Below, one piece after another: positions 50,020 to 62,335 of a stretch of 64,000 nucleotides of DNA. Position 1 is the stretch's first letter; each line of letters starts with the position of its first letter. This stretch comes from Oopsacas minuta. Lineage: Eukaryota > Animalia > Porifera. The position numbers were made by a program, and so were the translations under genes. The notes under the pieces were generated by a model. It was not told the DNA's origin and made no database searches. It saw only the letters and a list, made by a program, of their open reading frames with translations. The DNA is taken from assembly GCA_024704765.1 (NCBI GenBank), contig JAKMXF010000303.1, positions 412,570-476,569 on the forward strand, given 5' to 3'.

Positions 50020-51312
50020 CTAAAAGAATGTTTTGAGTTTATGCACAACGTTCTTAGTGATCTTTGTTGGCAATCGGAATGGGTCATGAAATACACGTGA
50101 TGACGTAAGCGTATCAAAAATAGACTCAGTAAATGGACCTATACACACTTCGTTACTGTATACGCGTATGAATAGAGGTAATTTGAGGTATTGTTGAATA
50201 CCAGGGTATATATCAGCTAGAGGAGGGAGGTATATACTCATACTCACGTGGGTAGTGTTCAGGTCTCGTAGTAAGGTTCGTAGTACAGCAAATGTTAACT
50301 CTTGAGTCTCTTGATCGAGGGACTCACTGAGTATCCATACCTCATGAAGTTTGCTAGGAGTTATGTATGAGAGAGCAAATGCATTTCCATGTTTTACAAC
50401 CAGTCCCATCATGTTGTGTATCTTAAGTAAGTCTACGAAGTAATTGCTCTTAGAAGGACGTCTGATTTCGTATTTTATAGCTGTGGTAGTGAGCAGGTTC
50501 ATGAACCCGTAATACTTCTGACTACTCTGTACCAATCGTGCAACAGGTGGCTGATCACTAGTAGTGCTCAGGTCTATGAGGATGTGTGGGAAGCAATAGG
50601 TAGGGTCCTTATGGTACCCAGATCTGAACCAATCATTGGCCTTGATGAGTACACCTGAGAAGTCAGAACGGGAGAGGGTAGCAATATTGTTAGGGAAGCT
50701 CAATCTACCGTACATAGTACCCCCGTATATGTAATGATAGGTAGATTCTGATTCAGACAGAGCTGAGAGAGGTTTTTGGTATCCTGAGTAGCATTGGAAC
50801 ATTGGATAAGCCATCTTAGAGAAGTATATAGTATTCTCCTTAGTGAATTTGTTCTCTAATGATACAATAGCAAGGGTCTTTGATGTAGAAGCAGTCTCCG
50901 CGTGCTGAATAAGAGTTATAAGCTCTGATGCATCTACCTCTCCATCTAGTGAGTAGAAGCTACTGAAATCCTGATACATACCCTGACATAGTACGTGTGT
51001 ACTAGACTTCCATGTAGACATGTGGGAACTGATGTTAAGTATAGATAGTATCATAGGGTCGTCCAGCTGTAGACACCGGGTAGTGAACCATACAGGGTTC
51101 ATGTTCCCTAATTGTACCCTGTAGGGACGTATACGTGGAATCCTTGCAGAGGAGTAGTAGAAAGATACCAGTAGGTAAGTACAAGTGATAAGGAAAATGT
51201 ATGTAATGACATTCTTACGGAATGAAGGTTGACGTAATATCTCCGTTATAGTAGAGCAGTCACACTGACACTCACAACACGGACAGTCATCGTCTGATTC
51301 TATTTGAGCCAT
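50020..51312 (-). CDS. Uncharacterised type II membrane protein (430 aa, intronless), possibly a degenerate GalT/HIT-like fold
   Basis: Long intact ORF with a Cys-rich N-terminus (CPCCECQCDC) and one hydrophobic helix (VITYIFLITCTYLLVSFYY). The C-terminal motifs NYFVDLLKIHNMMGL, SYITPSKLHEVWIL and DPF recall an uncharacterised GalT/HIT-related family. The family call is from memory and tentative. Confidence 0.7.
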   Translation of the reverse strand: MAQIESDDDCPCCECQCDCSTITEILRQPSFRKNVITYIFLITCTYLLVSFYYSSARIPRIRPYRVQLGNMNPVWFTTRCLQLDDPMILSILNISSHMSTWKSSTHVLCQGMYQDFSSFYSLDGEVDASELITLIQHAETASTSKTLAIVSLENKFTKENTIYFSKMAYPMFQCYSGYQKPLSALSESESTYHYIYGGTMYGRLSFPNNIATLSRSDFSGVLIKANDWFRSGYHKDPTYCFPHILIDLSTTSDQPPVARLVQSSQKYYGFMNLLTTTAIKYEIRRPSKSNYFVDLLKIHNMMGLVVKHGNAFALSYITPSKLHEVWILSESLDQETQELTFAVLRTLLRDLNTTHVSMSIYLPPLADIYPGIQQYLKLPLFIRVYSNEVCIGPFTESIFDTLTSSRVFHDPFRLPTKITKNVVHKLKTFF

Positions 51313-52604
51313 TATCTAAGTGTCTTCTTACGGATATACTGGTGTCAGACTGTAGAACTAGCTATGGGAGATTCTATACATTATCCTATCAGTCAAATAG
51401 TAATTATAATACATTTAGAATAGATATATGCATAACTAAAGTACAATTGGGTTGGATGAAGGGTTGGCTTCTAATTACAAATGTAATAGCTGAAATCTGG
51501 GAGATCAATAGGTTTCTCTTGCTAACCGCTTGAACTTACATTAATTACAGATTAATTTTAAGCTATTACACTATACGGAAATTAGTCCAATGAGACCATA
51601 TATGTCTAGACAGGATCACTTCCAGGTAAGCGATCCATTTAACAGGTAATAAGTATTGTGTATCATATTCATACTATGAACTTCTTAGGGTTCAATTCAT
51701 ACGAAGTGTGTCAGCAGGAAAATAAGGTATGTATCGATGGAAATTAGAGTTCAGGGTCCCTAAAATTCACCGATCTGCTCTACTACGTTTCCGGTGCGGT
51801 AAATCTATTTAATTTTCTTGGGCCCTCTTGATTTGGTCATTCAGTATTAGAGAACCAACTCTGCTATCAGTGGATCCGAAGCGGAGCTGTTGTAGATAAT
51901 AATCTGCAATTTTAGGTTATGTAAATAAATAAACAAATTTTGAAAATAAGATTTGAGAATTTCGGAACAAAAGATAGCTAATGATTAATTCTTTCTCGTT
52001 AGCTAAAGGAAAGTATAACTTTCCTAATGTTGAATTTCATGAAAAAGGGAGACAGGGCATGTCAAATGTTTATACCTCAATGACAAGATTCACAAGAATA
52101 AGATTATCCTTAATTCTACAAAGTCAGACTCCATTTGTTAGTTCAGCTGTAGGGTGCTGAACTAACAACAGGAGTCGGCTTGATGTGTTTGTAAATTGTT
52201 TGCTCTTTGCGTAGTTTCCACTTTGTTGATTGTACGTATATCATTAGCAAGGAAGTATTGTATGAATAACGAGATGTTGTTTGGTAGTATAATGCTCAGT
52301 TATCGAAAAAAATTATCCTTCTCACATCCATATGGTTAGTTAATAGTTATGATCAGTTTGTGGTATAATGGTAAATTTCAAGAAATAGAGTATCATTCCT
52401 ACTTGTATGGGAGCTACCATGGGAGTATAATACCTGTACATTGGGCCCTCTCTAATTGTCCATCAGTGGGCATTGACGTCAGAAGAGGACAATTAGAGAG
52501 GACACACTGAAGATGTATCAGATTAAATTATGACGTCATATTCTTGTAGGTATCTTTTTTCGTGTTTCATCGTTGAACCTTGCTATGGTAGTCTCTATAA
52601 ATTT

Positions 52605-52822
52605 GATACCCTTGACATCGAGTCAGCTAGATCTGAAATAGAAGCCCCGATTTTAAGAAGCTAGTCAATCAGTTAGAAGAGAAAAAGACAGAAATACTAA
52701 ATCATCTGGATGAAATAGAAAATAAAAATTTGAAGGAACAACAAGAAACAGGTGACATGATTCGTATTTTAGAAAATGGACTTGAATATTCCAGCAATAT
52801 TTATGGAGAAAGTCTCATGTAA
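52605..52822 (+). pseudogene. Possible frameshifted coiled-coil gene fragment (TRIM/NHL-type coiled coil)
   Basis: DTLDIESARSEIEA / frameshift / DFKKLVNQLEEKKTEILNHLDEIENKNLKEQQE reads as heptad-like; no start or flanking domain is seen. Confidence 0.3.
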
Positions 52823-54012
52823 CTCTTCAGTTTGATGAAAGAATTTGTATATATCAGATTGTCATATGCTGCCAACTCAAGATCACCATATACGATGCAA
52901 CTTTGTTGCATGGGATTAGGGATATGTTCTATTTTCCTGTAACAATGTTGCGTGAAATATATTCTTTCATGCAACAGTTGCATCGTGTATTGTGGGCTTT
53001 AAGCTATACGCACTACGCTTAATAGAAACAACCACGAATGCATTTCAAGATTGAGAAATGAAATCTCATAATTCTACAATCTACACTGAATCTCAAAATA
53101 CTACAATACTTTAGTACTCCTAGTTTTTAGTAATATCATCATCATCAGAATGGGAAACTGCCCTAATGGATACTCCCATATAATGCAGATAAGTTTATCG
53201 GTTTGATGCATATTCGATAAATGCACAATATACAAACAATTAATATACTGTCAAATCCAGTAGAATCATATATATAGTATGAAATAATATTAAATTCAAT
53301 TAATCTTCAAAAATGTAAAAAATTAGATGTGTATACAAAATATACAAATAAAAAATCAGAAGCTACAAAATTTTGTATACAAAATATTTTCAAGCTTGCA
53401 TTTGTTTCGAGTATTCAATCAATATATTCCAGGTGCTCACTGTGTGGCAAACTAAAAAACTTTCAGGAATTACTATTTTGATGTACTGATCGTCTTGAGG
53501 TAGAATCAGATTCCATTTAGAAAACTCACATAGACTCCTTTGCAAACTAAATTATAACACACATGATAAGTACAAATTATAAGAAAATAAGTAAATACCT
53601 GAGAATTTCCCTGAATTAGCGCCCGACTTATGTTTTTAAGTCAAATAAGGCGTAAATTTCATCAAAAGAATTCTTCTAGAATATTTATTCACAAGTCTTG
53701 GAGCCCTTTTCTTGCCCCCGGCGCATATTCAGGGAAATAAAGTATGCAATTTATTCCATCCAGAAGCTGAAAGTTTACAAATAATAAAGTGGAAGTGGCA
53801 AACAAATATACGTAATTAATAAATAAAGATGGATGGTAGTAGCATTACACTGCCTGAAAATCGAGTATAGGAAAGATCAATTGGAGATTAGATTATTGGC
53901 AGAAAAGGTTATGGTTTTGTAACATTGAGATGATATGTCATAATGACACAGACAGGAATAAGGATATTTCAGATTAGTGTCAGTCAATAGACCGAAAGTG
54001 TATATTCCTGTA

Positions 54013-55314
54013 CAGGGTGGCTCCAAAGTTCTGATACAAAATCACAATTAGTATACAACCTTTATCAGGAAGTATTCTCAATGCTTTGCTCTTCCTTATA
54101 CGCTTCCTAACAAATAATATTTCAATTTAGTGTATACTGTTTCGAAAAAAAATTGTGATTGACCATGGAATCTGAGAGGTCAGCAATTATTGAGTTGCAT
54201 ATGGCGGAGAAAAGTCCCCCAGAAATTTTGAAACTGCTGAATATTGCAAAAGGACGTAGGGCATTTATCTACAGGACGATATCTCGATATAAGGAAACTG
54301 GGGACACTGTAGACAAGCAGAGATCTGGTTGTCCATGCTTTGTAACGACCCAGCTCTCAAGAAAGTGGTGCGAGAACGGATTCGGCGGAACCCACACCGT
54401 TCGATGAGGAAAATGGCCTTGGAGCTCAATATTCTCGCTGAGGAATACAAAAGGTTGTTAAAAGGGACCTAGGAATGCGCTCTTTTAAACGCAAAAAGGT
54501 ACAATTCCTATCTGGGTCGGTGAAAGAAAAGAGAGTGTCCCGGAGCAAGAGCCTACTTGCACTACACGCTATTGGGGTTCTCAAAAATACCCTTTTCTCA
54601 GATGAGAAAATTTTCACCATAGAAGAGGCTACAAATAGCCAAAACGACAGAGTCATCTCGACCTCAGTTTCAGCGATCCCTGATAAGTTCAGATATATCA
54701 GTCGGATGAAGAAACCGCTGTCGGTGATGGTTTGGGCTGGGGTCTCTGCTGTTGGCCGGACACCACTGATTTTCATTACCCAGAAGTGAAAATCAATGCC
54801 AAAACATACAAAGAGCTTGTATTAGTGCCTGTGGTAAAGGTCTGAGCCAGACCATGTTTTCTGGACAGCCATTTGTCTTCCAACAAGATAAGATGGTGCT
54901 CCCACCCATACGGCCAATACGACCCAAGATTGGCCGAAGCACAATATTCCCAATTTAATACACAAGGATGAATGGCCACCATACAGTCCCGATTTAATCC
55001 CATGGACTATTTTGTATGGTCTATCTTGGAAAACAAGGCTTGTTCTGTGTCACACAACACAGTTAGCTTTCTAAAGATTCCTTGTGTCGAGAATGCGAGA
55101 AGATACCCCAAGAAACTCTGCGTGCCGCAGTAGGAGGATTCCCGAACAGACTCAGGGCTGTCATTTCCAAAAAGGGTGGTTATATTGAATGAATAACTAG
55201 GCAATCTCTTCCTAATAGTATGTATTAATTATATATAGAAGTTCAATGATGTAGGTCATGCTGAAAAAATATTATAGACAAAATGGTTTGTATCAGAACT
55301 TTGGAGCCACCCTG
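54013..55314 (+). mobile_element. Tc1/mariner superfamily DD37D (maT-like) transposon, 1302 bp, transposase disabled
   Basis: Perfect 28-bp TIRs CAGGGTGGCTCCAAAGTTCTGATACAAA (54013-54040; 55287-55314) with TA on both flanks. The transposase remnant at 54165-55192 has FSDEK, FQQD-GAPTH and SPDL(N)PMDY. After frameshift repair, 37 residues separate the second and third Asp. Confidence 0.93.
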
Positions 55315-58150
55315 TAGAATCATATTGAATTACACCTCAAAGGTCTGACATATTCACCTTCAGAAAATACGTCAAAATGTATTGAAATTACGAGTCGAGT
55401 TTTAGATTAGCCACAATGAATGGGATAGATGGAAGTACGGACTACGTACACTGTCTTGTCATAAATTTCCCAATATGTGAGACAATTATTGGAAATGAAT
55501 GAGATAATGGAATAAACACAAATATACTACTATAATAATACTTTTCATTGTGTGTAGGAGGAGTGGCAACTTCTGTCTGACTATGCAAATTAAATTTGAT
55601 AAAACAATACAACAGATCGAGAATATCGTTGATGTATTTAGTTTCTAATCCATTCTTTAAGGTTTTGCATTGACTTGTATCCAATTCTGTTGAATAGCAA
55701 TTGGGTAAGTGTGAAAACTAGAGAGATAATATATTCATAGAGTGGATATAAAAGAATCAGAAACAATTTCGGGTTTAGGTGAAAGCAGAAAAAGTCGTGG
55801 AAAATGTGTAAAAGTTTGAGAAGAGAACGGTATCTGAATTCAGGAATTCCAATATAAACCTGACAATATATTAAAATCTCATCATACATAGGTGTAGAGG
55901 ACTGGTGCAGTGATGTTAAGTAGATTTACTAAACTAATTATTTGTAGAATTTATATTTATTATTCTAATAATTATTATTTTTGAGTGGAAAAGTCAACCT
56001 TCATATCAATATATGACAAATTATTCAATCAGCCAATAAAAATTAATGGAAGAATTTACAGCTTTAATTCTCTTTCAGCACTTCAACTGCACACCTTAAC
56101 AGGAACGTTGGCGCAGAGGGGCATAGGGGGCAATGGTAATTAATGTGGTAACAATTATAGCTTGTGTCAAGGGGCTACGCCCTGACTCCACTGGAAATCT
56201 TGCAGCGGCCCAAACCCCAATATTCCTCGAGCTCCCACATCATATTCATTAAACCAAGGGACCAGAAAAATGTCAACTACCTGGGCCAATTGTAAACCAA
56301 ACGTTACTTCTTGCGATAAGTTTCGTTCCTGGATCTTACTGATTGTTTACAGGGCCCATATAACCCCACCTAGAACTGGGAGCCCACCAGATTGAATGTG
56401 TTCCCCCAGATTTCAAAGACACACGACGCCACTGCCCAGCTGGATAGTTATACTCAACTATACATTCAATAGATCCGCCACTTGGCACGCCCCCTGATAA
56501 ACGTGGGAAAACACTTTGCCCTTCGTCCTGCTCCCCTAGGTAAAAAATATTAGAGATGTCCCTGCACCTTAGAATTTTAGCTACGTCTATGCATGAAGTA
56601 AGCGTTTTCGAGTTCCACACTTCATTTCCTGATATCTTATCCAATATTAATAGAGAATTGATGCTACTTACCTTATAGAATCTGGGAAGAAGTTTAGCTC
56701 TAAAAACGGATAATTTCTGCCAGAGAGATAAAAGGTGTTTAGGATAACATTGATCATCTACCTAACAACACATAAATTATATTATACGTAGACGTATAGT
56801 TAATTATACATTTGTGTCGGTTCAATTATTTTGCCAATTGGAACCTGATTAATAAGGATACAGGTTTGGGGTTTACCCCTTACTGGCTTACTCCCTTAGA
56901 TACGGTCATCCCTCCGATCAGGGGCGCCGAAATTTATGACAACTTGAATGAACCAGAGGGCTCAAACCCTGCCCCCGGAGTCGGTGCTATTAATCCCGAT
57001 ATGGTAAGGATACAACAGCCTGAGAATATTTATCCTCATATGCTACACTACCCTGTAATTAGGATAGCTCTCTAATAAGGTCACTCGTAGCGAATTTACC
57101 AAATTGTATTTTTGCAATAACAGTATTTCCTTATTAAGGTCTCTACTCTATAGTACTTGGTTAACTTTGCAGAGCTCAATTGAATACAATAGCATAAATA
57201 TTAAGTAATAACTCACATCAGGACCAATAAGACATTTGTTGTTAGGGTACTTGAGTACTTCATGCATATACTGTGTGATCGTTTGAAGAGATTTCTGTTT
57301 ACCAAATGAAACAAAACTAATGACTAACTCAATGAGAGATATTATTCCTGAAATATCAGCTGATCCATTTAGTTCTGCTTTAATAGAATTCCAAATGTAT
57401 TCTGAAACTTCTTCCTATATGGAATCAAATAAAATTTATGTTACAGTGATGTTAACCAGTCAGGAAACATGCAAAATATAGAAAGGTTTTATACAAATAC
57501 CGGAAAAAATCTTCCGACAGCCGATAACAGACCCAAATAAAATTAAATTCTGTAAATTCTCAATAATTCGGATCCGAGCTATCAGATGAATTCTTAATAA
57601 TTAAAAGATCGGTGAACAGATTCCATCCTTCACGCTATTCTAAATAGCTTGACCGCGCTAATAATATCATGCTAGTATTTTATGAAAATTCAAAAGACTG
57701 ATCACACTAGGTATCCTTCATGGCTGCTAAACTGACACTGTTAAACCAAGCACCTAGATAAACTCTGATCCTGATGAGGCTAGATCCGCTCTCTTCTTAA
57801 TTATTCAGAAAAATATTAACACACCTGTTGAATGTTAATCTGTATTAATTTCAAATTATCAAAAAGTCTCAATTGAGTCAATTCTGTCAATCCCAAGTCC
57901 AAATCATTCTCAATAGAAGGCTTGTTAAACATGAAACGATCACAAAACTCTCTCTGAATACCAATAAAGTCATACTTAACCAATCGTCCTTCTCCAACTC
58001 GAAACGAATGTGTAGCATTAGAAAGAATTAAATTATCTAACTGATCTGTATAATTGATGAGTTGATGAGGAGTAACAAGACTGAGAGGAATACTTCTTTC
58101 AGGTCTGTGAAGTAAAAGTATACAAATTAAAATTCGTATAACAAATAACT

Positions 58151-58262
58151 CAATAGACTCCGCTTAATGGGGCCAGATCGGGGCCAATCCATTTTGATCC
58201 AATTAACTGGACACTATTTTTATGGTTCCATATTGGCTAAGTGACCCGATTATTCGGTGGCT
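58151..58262. mobile_element. Degenerate MITE of the 7577/14933 family, opposite orientation to the 14933 copy
   Basis: CAATAGACTCCGCTTAAT start; internal ACACTATTTTTATGGTTC and GTGACCCGATTA match the reverse complement of motifs in 14933-15062. The right boundary is approximate. Confidence 0.5.
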
Positions 58263-60132
58263 CTATGAAGGGGAGTCCCCTGTATATAATATTTGGTGTA
58301 CCTTGACTCTGGATAGGATTCTGTATATTTGCTAATAAAGGAGTTATGTATGTTAACAAGCAGATTGATGAGTGACGTCAGAATACCTTTCTGATGTGAT
58401 GTAGATAACAACTGGCCAATTCGTGTATTATTATTGGTGATATAATGTATAACACCCATACCAGGGTAGTATGCATCTATTATGTGTCTTTCTTCTAACA
58501 GCTGAGTACATGTAATTGTTAAGCTCGTTAAATGATTAATATAATCATTGTAGCTGTCCCTCTTCTCTAAAACAATGTAAACATATATACTACGGACTAT
58601 CTTGACATTTGGAACATGTTAATAACTACACAGGGAACATGAAGGCATCTATCGCGGTAGATGTTGAAACCAAATACCGCATTACTCTGAATAGGCACAG
58701 AGAGGCCTATTCAGGGAAATATGGTATCACAAATTGACAAACTATAATAGTAAATACTACCTTCGAGAATGAACTGGATAAAATCTGAAATAAACATATC
58801 TTGTACTTTCTTGTTATTATTAGAAACAGCAGTTCTCATATGAGTTAAATTCTTTAGTAATTTCACAAATTCAGGAATGTATTTGGTAGCAGCTAAGAGA
58901 GGTTGTTCTTTCAAGAATTTCTCCAAAATTGGGTACTTTTTCGATTCATAGAGATTCTGACAAGTGAAAACTTGTAGAAGATGATCATAACTAATTATAT
59001 TTCTATGTCTCCAGAGCTTGGAACTGAAATCTTTTCCTTCTTCTTCAAAAAATATACTAGAAATATATATATTAGAAAATTATTTTGATGTTGGATTAAT
59101 AGAATCTCCATATCCATCCAATTTTCCTAAGATTTCCACAATACATTAATTAATCATTGATGATTAATTAATGTATCTATCTCTGATAGTCAGAAAAGGA
59201 TCCTGATCGCGTGATCCTAATGCCCTGGTGATTTATAATCGGTACAATTGAATATAACAACACTAACCGTAATAGCTTTGTGTCACAATCCTTTGATTGA
59301 TTAAATATAGTTAGCATCTTCTCTCTTAATACATTATCATTATTAAATACATCGAGCTTAGACACAAAAGTATCTTCGAACATTTCTTCCCATCTGATAA
59401 GATCACATTCTGTCTGCAGAACTGGAAGAGCCGAATTATCTAAATAAGATATGCGTATATTGGTAAATTTCAATTGTTGTCTGTCTGTCTGTTTGTTCGT
59501 TGTCAAAGAAATGATTTATTGAATGAATATTCTAATTATACATACATTTAGTTTCTGTCCTATCCTCAACATATAGCACTACAGGTAAACCTCTAAAGCG
59601 GATCCTCTGAAATACGACACTTCCGAGATACGACACAAACCAATTCTCCTGATTTAACTTCATACAATGTATTGCTATATGGGGGCAACTTCCCAAATAC
59701 TACAATCTCTGAAGATCAGACACATGCACAGCTCCCAAAATTGCCGCATTTCGGAGGTTTACCTGTATATGGTATTTGTATTGGTATAGGATTAGTTTCT
59801 GTATATGGAATTAGGTTTGGATATGGGACTAGATTTATACATAATTTAACCGGTTCCCAATTTTTTCACCCGTGGACCCCATATACCAATTTCAATACTT
59901 TCTGTGGACCCCCCTCCCGTAGACTGCAATAGATTCTGTGAACCCCAGGGTGTGAACCGCTGCACTAGTTGGTGAGAGGCATTTGACTGTAACAACAGTT
60001 ATAGCAATTGTAGTGATTGTACTTTTCTGATCTATCTTCACTTATATGGGAGGAACGCTTACATTTGGTTTATTCTCTCTATTCATAATTTGCATTACAT
60101 GAGATTAATAATTAATTCATTCCATTTGCTGC

Positions 60133-60190
60133 TTGTATATTTTGTATATATTGTATATATTGTATATATTGTATATATTGTATATTTTGT
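60133..60190. repeat. Short tandem repeat of a 9-bp unit (TTGTATATA), ~6 copies
   Basis: Read directly; it explains the VYI repeats in ORF 60090-60344. Confidence 0.8.
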
Positions 60191-60440
60191 GTACACTATA
60201 ATCTCTATACAATTAGGTAATCGATATACAAATTGTTTAGCTACCCAGTTTTCAATAAAGCCGAAGCTTGAGGAACCTCAGTTTACGTGGCACATGTCTT
60301 TAAGAATCCCAGCATACACGATGCAACTTCTTGCATGCAAGTGATGGAATATGAAGCATGAAAGTAGAGCAGTGTGTCATAAATTTTAACATACAACATA
60401 CACATAATAGAACATATATACGAGCAGGAAATACAATGAA

Positions 60441-61748
60441 TTAATGATTAATCATATAGTATTCGAAAGGAAGAGCAGAAATAACGAATATAGAGAATAA
60501 ACCAAATGTAAGCGTTCCTCCCAAATCAGTGAATATATATTGGAATAGCATTATCACTACAATTGCTATAACTGTTCCTACCGTGTGTAAAATGCAGACT
60601 GAGAGTTCTCTGTTGTTACAGTCAAATGCCTCACCAACTAGTGTATAAATAACATAATCTAGTCCCATACCAAAACTAATACCATATAGTGCTATGTTGA
60701 GGATAGGCCAGAAACTAAAGGTATAACAGAAAGAACTGCCATCATCATTGACAGAATAATGCATTAAGTACTCAGCTATTGTAAAGTATATTGTCATTGA
60801 TAAATGAGATAATATGAGTAATACAGTTGTAGATATGAGTATTTTCTTAAGATTGTAACGAGAAACAATCTGCTGACCTAAATATTCCCGAACAGAATCA
60901 TAACTGGAAGGAAGAGAGCTGCAATGTTAGGAGGGAGTCCTCGTTACTTTGAGAGAATTAGAGATGGAACGAAATGATAAATGAGTAGCCACTCAGTGGT
61001 ATGAACATATTGAGCGTAGAAATGATGAGAATAAGTTTAACTACTCTCCATTTAGATAATTGAGCTATTTTCCCTCTTATAGTTAGTTTCCTAATGTTGT
61101 GTTTCATATTGAAAATTTCACTGTCAGAATCGAAAGAATTTCCGTTGATATAGAGTAGAGATTTCTTGGCTCTGTCCACCAATCCTTGTTGCACCAACCA
61201 GTTGGCTGATACAGGGTTTAACAACAGCATACATATAAAGATAAATTCCAGGATGATAGCCGTCACTGCCAGCCAACGAAATGACACCCATATGCCAAGT
61301 GCATATATCAGAACTGTACCGAATCGCGTAGACAGAGCTACTCCACTACAATAGAATCTGTGTCTGTTAGGTGGAGAACACTCTCCAAGGTAAACACTAG
61401 TAAAGAACAGAATAGAAGACTGTATACCCAACAGGAATCTTCCTAACATTATTGTATACACGTCATTGCTTAAAACAGCTGTGAACTAACCTATACAACC
61501 GGGTACTGATGACACTATCAGCAGGGCCTTAATGTTGATTGTCTGAGATGCGAAACTCAGTAGGGGCAACATTACTAAGGAACCTAGGAATATTAATCCA
61601 GCAAAAATGGGTAGAATATTCATTGTTAAGAGGGTGTATTGCATGAGAGAGAGCTAGCTGTAGGAGAGACATAACCTCCCTCAAATCCAATGAGCAGAAC
61701 ACCAATATAACAAGTCAGAGCTAGGAATAGAATAGGAAATTCTCTCAT
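60441..61748 (-). pseudogene. MFS sugar porter (GLUT6/8, Tret1-like) pseudogene, intronless, inside an RNF213-like intron
   Basis: Motifs GFEGGYVSP, LGRFLLGI, VYLGECSPP-x-x-R-x-FY and FGMGLDYVIYTLVGEAF. There is a frameshift in a CT run near 61650, an in-frame TAG near 61488 and a TAA at 60958-60960. The ATG is at 61748. Confidence 0.8.
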
Positions 61749-62106
61749 GTTATTGTTGTGAAGTACAATTTGTATTTAATATAGACTCTTAAGCTAAATT
61801 TGATAATTAATTGCAATAACTTTGTATTAATGGCTTCGTATAGTAATCAAATACAAATTATACACACCTTCTGTATTCATCTTTGTATCCAAGAAGTCGA
61901 GCAAGAGAATATTGAAATATCTTTTCTTTGTTTACTACTAATATTATGAGAGAGTATATGTTAATGAGAATAATGCATATTACATCATCGGGAATACCAA
62001 TCCCGCAATTGGTTTTGTTATAAGTGCTATCACTGCTATAGTATGCTACCTGTTGGGGTGGAATCATATGCTTCTATATTATCTAGAAACGCACTCCGGT
62101 CATTTT

Positions 62107-62335
62107 AGAGCCAAGAAATCTCTACGATACATTCAATGATTTCACACCACTGAGTGGTTACTCATTTATCATTTCGTTCCATCTCTAATTCTCTCAAAGT
62201 AACGAGGACTCCCTCCTAACATTGCAGCTCTCTTCCTTCCAGTTATGAATCTGTTCCGGAATATTTAGGTCAGCAGATTGTTACTCGTTACAATCTTAAG
62301 AAATACTCATATCTACAACTGTATTACTCATATTA
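62107..62335 (+). repeat. Inverted partial duplicate of the sugar-porter pseudogene
   Basis: 62141-62335 is the reverse complement of 60810-61005 with about 6 differences. 62107-62124 matches the reverse complement of 61156-61173. Confidence 0.9.
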
